64,000 bases of DNA from Cryomorpha ignava (GTDB taxonomy: Bacteria > Bacteroidota > Bacteroidia > Flavobacteriales_D > Cryomorphaceae). Location: the NCBI RefSeq assembly GCF_010686655.1, contig NZ_JAAGVY010000014.1, positions 1 through 64,000 of the forward strand. The letters are read 5' to 3'. How positions within the stretch are numbered: position 1 is the stretch's first letter; every line of letters begins with the position of its first letter. Both the position numbers and the translations under genes were made by a program. Positions 1 through 9,200 of this stretch are shown here, in pieces. Below the pieces are notes generated by a model that worked only from the letters and a program-made list of their open reading frames with translations, was not told the DNA's origin and did no database searches.

Positions 1-2
1 CA

Positions 3-176
3 CATATACCCATGAAAGCGCAAGTAGCTGTGCAACGAAAACTACTCATTCTTGTTTATACGCTTTGCAAAAAAGATCAAGAGTATGAACCAGACTATTT
101 TAATAAAAAAATAGCCCAAGCAGAAGCTCAGGCTACACAGGATAAACTCAAGAAGAGTCTTCCTTTGGAAGTGTAA
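3..176 (+). CDS. 3' partial IS110-family (DEDD) transposase, C-terminal fragment
   Basis: The frame is open from the window edge to a TAA at 174-176. The translation ...KAQVAVQRKLLILVYTLCKKDQEYEPDY... matches the conserved C-terminal 'KvALVAvARKLL...' tail of the IS110 Transposase_20 domain. Confidence 0.5.
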   Translation, partial: HIPMKAQVAVQRKLLILVYTLCKKDQEYEPDYFNKKIAQAEAQATQDKLKKSLPLEV

Positions 177-225
177 ATATACGACATAAAAAAATGTCGA
201 AATAAATTTGGATTTTTACACAGTA

Positions 226-256
226 CCTGAAAGGGTGACATAAATCAACGAGTAGA
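226..256. repeat. REP-like subterminal hairpin motif (cctgaaagggtgacataaatc...) flanking the IS200-like gene
   Basis: 27 of 30 nt match 57066-57095. An inverted copy lies at 931-951 on the other side of the transposase pseudogene. Confidence 0.5.
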
Positions 257-299
257 GAAAGCAAAGCGAAACTGCGTCGTAAATCTATTAAAAACACGC

Positions 300-736
300 C
301 TAATCCCACAAATACCTTTCATCATACTCAACATTGTCTCTCTCTAAAATTCTCAAAAACTCTTCTTTAAACGTAACATTCAAATGATGTTCATGCTGAT
401 TTGAAATATATTCTACAACTCCAGCAACATGACTGGGGCTGACAGAAAATGCACCATATCCATCTTGCCAGAAAAAATTGTAAAACGGATCGCCTTTTTC
501 TTTTATCCATTTTGAAGAGTGAGATTTAAGCTCTTGAAGGAATTTTTCCAATGTGATTTTCTTCGATAACATACAAAGTACATGAACATGATCGAGGTGC
601 CCACCAATTTTAATGGTTGTACATCCCAGATTGTTACAGATTCCGCCCAAATAACTGTGCTAAAAATGATGTGGGTGTATTGATTTACGAGTGACTGTCC
701 CAAGGTTGTATATTTTAGATGAAATAGTAATGACAA
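300..736 (-). pseudogene. IS200/IS605-family Y1 HuH transposase (RAYT-like 'transposase IS200-like' of Bacteroidota), frameshifted
   Basis: Two overlapping minus-strand ORFs (503..736 and 300..650) together give a Y1-transposase. The N-terminal part reads ...YTHIIFSTVIW. After a frame change near 640-650 the other frame reads ...GGHLDHVHVLCM (HuH motif) and ...FWQDGYGAFSVSPSHV (catalytic-Tyr region). Neither frame alone is full length. Confidence 0.6.
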
Positions 737-930
737 TTACAATTGAATTTACAAATTATAATTAATTACCAGAATAATAATTCGATCAAAAAACAAAATT
801 CTTGTTGATGCGATAAAACATTGCACAAATTAGATGGAGAGATGCCGCCCTTTTGACGGAAAGGAATTCGTATGGACAGGGCTTTACCTGGTGGGGAATT
901 TTATCGATGGGTTGCACCCATCGCTTTTAA

Positions 931-951
931 ATATCGCCCTTTCAGGGCTTC
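931..951. repeat. Inverted copy of the REP-like hairpin motif (gaagccctgaaagggcgatat on the minus strand)
   Basis: On the minus strand it matches 57059-57079 (aaagccctgaaagggcgacat) at 19 of 21 nt. gccc-tgaaa-gggc forms a small hairpin. Confidence 0.5.
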
Positions 952-1222
952 AATTTACTTGAGAATCTGTATAGCTGATTTCTTTCATCTCTTTTATATG
1001 TCACTCTTCTGACCGACGACTTTGAGGGAATGCCTATGCAAGGGAATCCATATGGATTATTTAAATATGTAAGCGCTTTAAAACTAAAGTGTGAAAACAC
1101 ACAATCAAATCTACTTATATAAAAGACCCAACTCACGCCTTAACTATTTTTAGAGGCGACGAACATTATGCCAGTATTAAATCTGCTATGAACTAAATCT
1201 TCGCTGTCTTCATTTTCATCAT

Positions 1223-1876
1223 CTACTTCCCCAACAAACCTTCCATCGCAATCTCCAACTTATTCAACCTTTCTTCAATAGAAAAAGTAGAAATGGCATT
1301 CATCTCTTCAATTTTTTGAAAAACTCTAAAAAGCCTTTTGGTCTTCGATTTCGTAATTTGATTCCCGTTTTCTATTGTGGTTATTTTCTTATCAATACTT
1401 AGATATACCCCGTTTTCTGAAATGATATTCTGTTCGGTGCACAGTAAAATAGTGCCGGAATGAAGGTTGGTATTTATGTTTTCATTTACTTCAATTGCCA
1501 GTTCTCCTTGCACAAAGTGCTTTGGGAACTTGAAGGTTGGAAAGTTTGACATGCTCTCCTTCTTTAAAAAGCTATCCCAGTTGCGCGCAGATACAATAGG
1601 TATGGAAACGGTTTCTAGAGCAGAATTATTCACAATAAAATTCTGTAAGTTGAATTTTGCATACTCATTTACGGTAAGTTCCATTGTAATGAGCTTTTCG
1701 AGCGGAATGTTGAAATATTTAGCAATTTTAATCGCCACATCCATCTTGGGTTCTGCTCTATTTTCTTCATATGCACTTATACTAGCGCGAGTCAAGTCAA
1801 ATAAGTTAGCAAAGTCAGACTGACTCAATCCCTTGATTGTTCGTATCTTTCGAATATTCTTCCCTATTGAACTCAT
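1223..1876 (-). CDS. XRE-family HTH transcriptional regulator with uncharacterised C-terminal domain
   Basis: MSSIGKNIRKIRTIKGLSQSDFANLFDLTRASISAYEENRAEP... is a Cro/C1-type HTH. The start is set at the internal Met at the HTH. The C-terminal ~140 aa has no S24 peptidase motif. Confidence 0.6.
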   Translation of the reverse strand: MSSIGKNIRKIRTIKGLSQSDFANLFDLTRASISAYEENRAEPKMDVAIKIAKYFNIPLEKLITMELTVNEYAKFNLQNFIVNNSALETVSIPIVSARNWDSFLKKESMSNFPTFKFPKHFVQGELAIEVNENINTNLHSGTILLCTEQNIISENGVYLSIDKKITTIENGNQITKSKTKRLFRVFQKIEEMNAISTFSIEERLNKLEIAMEGLLGK

Positions 1877-2069
1877 AATATTGCTAATAATTTGTACATT
1901 TGCTAAAAATGTGTTAATATTGTCACGTAAAATTAGCAACAAGTATATGGAAAAATAAAAAAAGAATCAAAAACTTAACTCTCTGACATAATATTATTTG
2001 CTTTCCTTTAGGGAAATAATAAATTTACAGCATAGAGAGTAATCAAACTAAAATTTAAAACGATTAATA

Positions 2070-2465
2070 ATGAAAGACGATTTCAATAAAGTAAAAAACT
2101 ACATTCTCGATCTGGGTCATTCCATCACAAAGGAAGATGAAGCGGATGGTTTATTGGTAATAGACGACGAAGGTTTGGGAATTAAAAATCTCGTAATAGG
2201 CCTTGCCGATTCTATATTGATAATGGAGCAGTACATTTTGGAGCTAAAACATGCGCCAAAAGAAACGTACATCGAATTATTAAAGAAAAACAGGGACATT
2301 ATTCACGGAGCCTTTGTATTGGATGAATCAGGTCAAAAGTTGATTTTCAGAGATACACTTCAAATGGAGAATCTCGATCAGAATGAACTTGAAGGCTCTA
2401 TCAATTCACTTACTTTATTGCTTTCAGAATTTTCAGAACAGCTTATTGGCTACTCTAAACACTAA
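2070..2465 (+). CDS. Small acidic cytoplasmic protein, first gene of the Psp/flotillin cluster (possibly YbjN-like)
   Basis: A 131-aa ORF sits 11 bp upstream of the PspA-family gene on the same strand. The family assignment is uncertain. Confidence 0.45.
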   Translation: MKDDFNKVKNYILDLGHSITKEDEADGLLVIDDEGLGIKNLVIGLADSILIMEQYILELKHAPKETYIELLKKNRDIIHGAFVLDESGQKLIFRDTLQMENLDQNELEGSINSLTLLLSEFSEQLIGYSKH

Positions 2466-2476
2466 AACGTTAAACG

Positions 2477-3190
2477 ATGAATTTTTTAAAAAGATTATTT
2501 AAAATAGGACAAGCCGAAACACATTCGGCAATAGATAAATTGGAAGATCCAATTAAACTTACAGAGCAAGGTATTCGCGATATGAAGGAAAATCTTTCTA
2601 AGAGCTTGCAGGCTTTAGCAGAAGTTAAAGCAATGGCTATTCGCGCCAGAAACGATAATGAAACTTATACTGATAATGCAACGGACTATCAGGAAAAAGC
2701 AATGCTTTTGCTTCAACGCGCTGAAAAAGGAGAGCTTGAAGGTGCAGAAGCAGATCGCCTGGCAACTGAAGCTTTGATGAAAAAAGCAGAAAACTCGAAA
2801 ATGGCAGAGACTTCACTTACTGAAAAAGATAGATTTGAAAAGTCGGTTGTGCAACTTGAAGGAAATGTAAAGACCATTAAAACCAATATTGGCAAATGGG
2901 AAGCTGAATTAAAAACGCTGAAAGCACGCGTAAAAGTGAGCAACGCAACAAAGAGTTTAAACAAGCAATTGGCTCAAATTGACTCTACCGATACGGTTTC
3001 TTTGCTTGAGCGCATGAAAGAAAAGGTAGCTCAGGAAGAAGCTTTGGCAGAATCTTACGGCGAAATTGCAAATGAAAGCAGAAGTATTGATGAAGATATC
3101 GACAAAGCGCTTGAAGGAAGCGTGGCCAGTAAAGCTCAAGATGAATTGGCAGATTTGAAAGCAAAAATGTCAAAAGGGAAGTTAAATTAG
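2477..3190 (+). CDS. PspA/IM30 (phage-shock protein A / Vipp1) family protein
   Basis: 237 aa, all alpha-helical coiled coil. The N-terminus MNFLKRLFKIGQAETHSAIDKLEDPIKLTEQGIRDMKENL is typical of PspA/IM30. Confidence 0.8.
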   Translation: MNFLKRLFKIGQAETHSAIDKLEDPIKLTEQGIRDMKENLSKSLQALAEVKAMAIRARNDNETYTDNATDYQEKAMLLLQRAEKGELEGAEADRLATEALMKKAENSKMAETSLTEKDRFEKSVVQLEGNVKTIKTNIGKWEAELKTLKARVKVSNATKSLNKQLAQIDSTDTVSLLERMKEKVAQEEALAESYGEIANESRSIDEDIDKALEGSVASKAQDELADLKAKMSKGKLN

Positions 3191-3229
3191 AATGAGCTTA
3201 GAAAAAGGTAATCTTAATTATAAAAAAGC

Positions 3230-3877
3230 ATGATAGAATTATTCCATGCTACCTTTTCGCCTGTGAATATCATTCCGGCCATTATACTCACTTTCGTGGT
3301 GTGCTATTGGTTACTGATCATTTTCGGTGCCTTGGATATTAATTCCTTTGATGTTGAGGTTGATCTTGATGCCGATATGGACATTGATGCCGATGGTGGC
3401 ACGTCAGAATTTTCGGTTTCGTGGTTAAACAACGTTTTGTCATTCTTCAATATCGACAAGATTCCATTGATGATTTTTCTGACTTTCACAGCCATTCCGC
3501 TTTGGGCAATAGCAGTAATGGTCAATCATATACTGGGTAACGAATCGTTTTTGCTATCGCTGCTTTTCCTTATTCCAGAGTTTATTCTCAGCGTTTTAAT
3601 CGCAAAGCCGTTGACCATTCCGTTTGTGAAAATATTTAGCAAACTGAATGAACCGACTGAACAAAATGCAAATTTACTTGGGAAAATGGGCAAAGTGGTT
3701 ATTAGTGCATCAGATTTGAAAATGGGACAAGCTGATGTGAATATCGATGGATCGAGCTATCGCTTGAACATCAAAACAAAAAATGGAAAAATAATGCGTG
3801 GCGAAAGTTTGCTTATCGTCAATTTCTCAGAGCTGGACAAATGCTACATAGTTGAGCCTTATGAATCAATCAATTAA
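3230..3877 (+). CDS. NfeD-like / YqiJ-family inner-membrane protein (OB-fold C-terminus)
   Basis: N-terminal TM helices, an acidic DVEVDLDADMDIDADGG stretch, more TM segments, and a C-terminal beta-rich segment (GKMGKVVISASDLKMGQADVNIDGSSYRLNIKTKNGKIMRGESLLIV). It lies immediately upstream of the flotillin gene, as in yqiJ-yqiK. Confidence 0.6.
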   Translation: MIELFHATFSPVNIIPAIILTFVVCYWLLIIFGALDINSFDVEVDLDADMDIDADGGTSEFSVSWLNNVLSFFNIDKIPLMIFLTFTAIPLWAIAVMVNHILGNESFLLSLLFLIPEFILSVLIAKPLTIPFVKIFSKLNEPTEQNANLLGKMGKVVISASDLKMGQADVNIDGSSYRLNIKTKNGKIMRGESLLIVNFSELDKCYIVEPYESIN

Positions 3878-3887
3878 AAAATAAAAA

Positions 3888-6029
3888 ATGGAAATGTTAG
3901 GTAATATCGGCTTCGGGATAGTCATCTTAGTCGTAATAGTCATCATCGGAATTATCGTGATGATTTCAAGATGGTACAAAAAAGCATCGCAAGGACAAGC
4001 GATTGTGAGAACCGGGGTGGGTGGAACAAGAGTTTCCTTCAATGGAATTTTAATCGTTCCCGTTTTGCACCGAATGGAAACAATGGATATTTCATTAAAA
4101 GCCATTCAAATCGAAAGAGCCGGTGCGGCAGGATTGGTTTGTAGAGATAACATCAGAGCCGACATCAAGGTTGCGTTCTTCATCCGTGTAAACAAAACGC
4201 TTGAAGATGTAATTCAGGTGGCGCAATCTGTAGGCTGTATTCGTTCGTCAGATCCCGCAGCACTAAACGATCTTTTTGACGCAAAATTTTCGGAAGCGCT
4301 TAAAACCATTGGTAAGAAGTTCGATTTTGTTGACTTGTACAATAAACGCGACGAATTTAGAGAAGAGATCGTCAATATTATCGGTACCGATTTGAATGGT
4401 TTCATTCTCGACGATGCCGCGATTGACTATTTGGAACAAACGCCGCTTTCGCAAATGGATGAAAGTAATATTCTCGACGCGGAAGGTATCAAGAAGATTA
4501 TCAGCATTACGTCGCGAGAGAAAATTCAGTCGAACCAAATTGAGAGAGACAGACAAAAAACAATTAGAAAGCAAGATGTTGAAGCGCAAGAAGCCATTCT
4601 GGAGCTCGACAAACAACTTGCAGAGAAGGAAGAAAAGCAAAAACGGGAAATTGCGAATATAAAATCGCGCGAAGAAGCCGAGATTGCTAAAGTACAGCAA
4701 GAAGAGACTCTGAAATCGGAAAGATCGCGCATTATAACCGAAGAAGAAATTCAAATTTCGGAACAGAATAAAGAGCGTGAAATAATTGTAGCATCAAAGA
4801 ATAAAGAAAGAACTTCCGCTGTTGAAACAGAGAGAATTGAGAAGGACAGATTGCTGGAAGTTACCGAGAGAGAGCGTATTGTAACGCTGGCGCAGATTGC
4901 GAAAGAGAAAGCAATTGAAACCCAGAAGCGTGATATTCAGGAAGTCATTCGGGAGCGTGTGGCGATTGAAAAAACGGTGGTTGATGAAGAAGAAAACATC
5001 AAGGACACTCGTGCAAGAGCTCTGGCCAATCGCGAGAAATTAGTCGCTGTCACCAAAGCGGAAGAATCTGCGGAAGCGGCACTTGTAGAGAAAATTAAAG
5101 CAGCTGAAGCAGCCAACCAGGCGGCAGAATTTACGGCAAAGCAAGTCATTATTGAAGCTCAGGCCGAAGAAGAATCTTCCATAAAGCGTGCAGCAGCCAT
5201 GAAAACCATGGCCGATGCCGAAGCGGCCAGGGAAGCAGCTCACGGAATAGCCGAAGCACAAGTAATGGAAGCGAAAGCCACTGCAAGACAGAAAGAAGGA
5301 GATGCGGAAGCCGCAGTAATTGAAGCACGCGCTATGGCTGAAGCCAAAGAAATTCAAGCGAAACAACATGCACGAGCCATTTCCGATTTGGAAATAGGTA
5401 AAGCCGAAGCTGAAGTAATCGAAGCAAAAGCGGTAGCCGAACAGAAAAAAGGACTTGCAGAAGCTGTGGTGAGCAAAGAGAAGTACGATGTGGAGGCAGA
5501 AGGAATTCACAAGAAAGCCGATGCCATGAAAAAATTGGACGGCGTTGGAAAAGATCACGAAGAATTCAAGTTGCGATTGGATAAAGAGAAATCGGTTGAA
5601 TTGGCTCAAATCAGCATCCAGAAAGATATAGCAGATGCTCAGGCCGAAGTTATTTCGAATGCGTTGAAAACTGCAAAAATCGATATTGTTGGTGGTGAAG
5701 CTGTATTCTTTGATAAGATTATTAGCGCCATTTCAAATGGAAAATCGGTGGAGCGTATGATTGACAACAGCGGTACTTTGGGTCAATTGAAAACCCAATT
5801 GCTTGATGGTATCGATGGCTCTACATTGAAAGAGAAGATTGGAAGTTTGGTAGATCAGTTTGGAATTTCATCTGACGATTTGAAGAACCTTTCGGTAAGC
5901 GCATTGATTTTTAAAATGATGCAAGAGAATAGCGATGATAAGCAGCAAGGGGTTTTAAACTCGTTGCTTTCGGCGGCGAAGGCCGCGGGAATTGGTGAAA
6001 AGACGCCGCATAGTTTGGGGATTAAGTAA
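3888..6029 (+). CDS. Flotillin-family (SPFH/band-7) protein, YqiK-like, with long E/A/K-rich coiled-coil tail
   Basis: N-terminal TM segment, then an SPFH core (QAIVRTGVGGTRVSFNGILIVPVLHRMETMDISLKAIQIERAGAAGLVCRDNIRADIKVAFFIRV). This is followed by ~400 aa of EA-rich heptad repeats. Confidence 0.85.
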   Translation: MEMLGNIGFGIVILVVIVIIGIIVMISRWYKKASQGQAIVRTGVGGTRVSFNGILIVPVLHRMETMDISLKAIQIERAGAAGLVCRDNIRADIKVAFFIRVNKTLEDVIQVAQSVGCIRSSDPAALNDLFDAKFSEALKTIGKKFDFVDLYNKRDEFREEIVNIIGTDLNGFILDDAAIDYLEQTPLSQMDESNILDAEGIKKIISITSREKIQSNQIERDRQKTIRKQDVEAQEAILELDKQLAEKEEKQKREIANIKSREEAEIAKVQQEETLKSERSRIITEEEIQISEQNKEREIIVASKNKERTSAVETERIEKDRLLEVTERERIVTLAQIAKEKAIETQKRDIQEVIRERVAIEKTVVDEEENIKDTRARALANREKLVAVTKAEESAEAALVEKIKAAEAANQAAEFTAKQVIIEAQAEEESSIKRAAAMKTMADAEAAREAAHGIAEAQVMEAKATARQKEGDAEAAVIEARAMAEAKEIQAKQHARAISDLEIGKAEAEVIEAKAVAEQKKGLAEAVVSKEKYDVEAEGIHKKADAMKKLDGVGKDHEEFKLRLDKEKSVELAQISIQKDIADAQAEVISNALKTAKIDIVGGEAVFFDKIISAISNGKSVERMIDNSGTLGQLKTQLLDGIDGSTLKEKIGSLVDQFGISSDDLKNLSVSALIFKMMQENSDDKQQGVLNSLLSAAKAAGIGEKTPHSLGIK

Positions 6030-6178
6030 TGTCTGTCCAGAAAGCCCGCTATCGGCGTTGCACTTGAATTGAAAACAGTCATTGACAAATGTCAACTCCT
6101 TGCTTTTCAATTCTGCGTGCGCCTTGCTATCGAACTTTCTGACTCAGACATTTGAGTGCGTTGACATACCCAGAAATT
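6028..6178. mobile_element. MITE-like element, copy 1 (5' terminus aatgtctgtcc...; 3' end degenerate)
   Basis: About 150 bp that align with 56702-56928 over both arms. It contains the internal hairpin attgacaaatgtcaa. It starts at or overlapping the TAA stop of the flotillin gene. Confidence 0.6.
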
Positions 6179-6289
6179 AGACTGTAGTGAGTAAGTTATT
6201 TAAGGTAAAGTGTTTCAAATTTCGGAATACTTTACCCTTTATTATTCGGATTAGAATTCGTGAAAATCAATATTTAGTGAACTAAACAA

Positions 6290-9200
6290 ATGCAAGAAGA
6301 GCAAGAAAATACAGAAGAGCCGGGCACCGTTTTAGAGCAGGGAACTTACGAGATCATCAAAGATCGACTGTTAAAGCAGGGCGATATTTTACGTTCGAAG
6401 CTGGATAAGCTCAACGAAGCCAGAAAAGATGTGTTTGGTGCTATTGAAACGACTTTGCTCACCACAGAGCGCATTACCACAGAAAACAATTGTGTACCAC
6501 GGGACATGGTTGCGATAGCCGATAATTTCATTTTTGGCTATAACGTTTTTATGGGCTTGAAATCGGTTACGCTTTTAACGGATGTTTTTAACATTTATGA
6601 ATATAAAGACCGGAGTTTTATTAAGAAGGACTTGGAGCTGATTAACAACCAGTCTTTTATTCGCGACTTTGAAAATCTATACAAATACTATAAGCAAACA
6701 CAGTTTGCAAAGTTCGCTGTAACCGGCCCGTTTCTCTACATTATTTTTAAAATTGGTGACAACGAAACCGACATCAAAGTTTTTAAATGGCAGATTGATG
6801 GCAATGCTTTAATTTATTCGGAAGATAGGGCTGCGAATGAATTTAGTTTTCCCGATCAGCAGCAGTTTCGATGGAAGAAAACGACGCGCGATATGTTTCG
6901 TGACGGGCTACACCCGCATATTTCTATTGAAGATCAAATTTTCGTAGAAACCGTTGGCGGCGATTTGACTATTAAAATAGAAGACAATACTGAAGATGGG
7001 AAGGGGATTTTTAACGAGCCGGTTGAATACAAAGACCAGGTGCTGCACGATGCTGAAATTCTTTACTCTATCGTTGGAAATTTGATTTTTCTGAAGATCA
7101 AACCTTATAAGGAAAACACGTTTCGGTACATTATATACAACAAGAAAATTCAGCAGGCTATGCGTGTTGATGATATTGAGAATGCGTGCGTTTTGCTGCC
7201 CGAAGACTATGGTGTGATTTTCCCGAAAGGATATTATTTACAAACCGGCGAATCCAAAATATTCAATACCGATTTGAATTCGATGCTTTACGAAAAGACC
7301 ATTGAATCGCCCAACGGAGAAGATTTTCTATATATTTTTTACAATAGAAAATCGGGAACTTACATTTTGCTTTCGTATAATTTAATTTCGCAAACTGTTG
7401 CCAACCCTGTTATTTGCCACGGCTATTCCATTTTCGGCAGTGGCGAGATGTGCTATTTTAAGGGCGAAAATGAAGCTCAGAAACATCATGCTATTCAGAT
7501 TTGGCAAACACCTTATTTATTAGATGTTGCCGACTTTGTTGGAAAAGAAGATTCCTTTTTATCCAAAATTGGAAATAAGGACATTGTGAAGGGAATGGCG
7601 GAGAGTAATGAAGTGCTAAGCCTGATACATAAAAAGGACTCTTACGCCAATCTTTACATCGATATTGTAAGGAAAGTAACGGGTATTGTCGATTCGTTTT
7701 ATTGGCTTGATAAAAAGGAAGCGTTTAATTTGAGTGCTACGCTTGCTGAAATCAGAACCGTTGCAGATTCTGCCATTAATGAGTTTGAGAAAGTCATTAA
7801 AATCAAGAAGAATACGCAAGAAGAATTTAAACGTGTAGAAGTGGAGGTTACCGCTTTGATGCGCGCGTTGAAAATTGCGAAATTCAAGGATATTGATGAA
7901 TTTGTGAAGCTCTTGGCTGAAATTAGAAACATTCGCGGACAGGTAATGAGCCTGACCGATTTGCGCTATATAAACGAAGCGGCCATTGAGAATTACGAAG
8001 AAAAGCTAAAGGCCGAAAATGAGAAGCTCTCGCAGAAATGCGTCAAGTTTTTGTTGAAAAAGGAAGCTTTATCTTATTATGAAACCAAGGTGAAAGAGCT
8101 AAGCGATTCTGTTCATAAACTCACCAAAGTAGTTGAAGCCAATGAGCTGGAAGAAGATGTATTGAAAACATCGAAAGAGCTTGAAATGCTGATTGAGATT
8201 GTGAGTAATCTCAAGATCGAAGATGCGACCCAAACTACTACTATAATCAATAATATTTCAGAAATATACGCTTCGTTCAATCAAATAAATGCCGCACTTA
8301 AAAGAAAGCGAAAAGAGCTGTTTTTGGTGGAAGGCGAAGCCGAATTTCATTCCCAGTTAAAACTAATCAGCCAGGGAATCATCAATTATCTCGACATTTC
8401 TGATACTACAGAAAAGTGTGAAGAATATTTAACCAAGCTGATGATTCAGCTGGAAGAGCTTGAAGGCAAATTCAGTGAATTTGATGAATTTTTAGATAAG
8501 ATAAGCGAGAAGCGCACAGAAGTTTACAATGCCTTTGAAGCGAGAAAAGTGCAGCTCATTGAGAAGAAAAACAAGCGTACTTCTGCCTTGCAGGCTTCTG
8601 CCGATAGAATTTTGGCAGGAGTGAAGCATAGGCTGGAAGGAATGGAAAATATGGATGCCATTAATGGATACATGGCGTCTGACCTGATGGTAGATAAGTT
8701 GCGAAATATTGTTCAGGAATTGATTGGCCTTGGCGATACCGTGAAGGCAGATGAAGTGCAAGGAAAGCTAAAGTCAACACAAGAAGATGCCATTAGACAG
8801 CTTAAAGACAAGACTGATCTTTACGATGGCGAAAACCTTATTTCTTTCGGAAAGCACAAATTTTCGGTCAATAATCAATTGCTCGACCTTACGATTGTGC
8901 CGCGAAGTAATGCCATGTTTTACCACGTAACCGGAACCAACTTTTTTGAAGAGATTAAAGATCCGAAGTTCCTGGCTACCCGTGAAGTCTGGGATCAAGA
9001 GTTGATTTCTGAAAATAATACAGTGTATCGATCAGAATATTTGGCCTTATTACTTTTTAATGCCATTTCAAATTCAAAAAACTTTACGCTAAAAGATGCT
9101 GCACGCTGGCCAGATGAGCGGATGGAAAGTTTCATTGCTGAATTCGTTGCTCCGCGCTATGACGAAGGCTACAGCAAGGGCGTTCACGATGAAGACGCAG

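Noticed and set aside
1467-1823. 118-aa plus-strand ORF
   Set aside because: It is fully embedded antisense in the XRE-regulator gene, with no motif support.
4214-5609. Multiple minus-strand ORFs (up to 189 aa) within the flotillin gene
   Set aside because: They are antisense to the EA-rich coiled-coil region. GC-skewed repeats of GAAGC/GCAGC give long open frames on the opposite strand, and the translations are F/C/S-rich.
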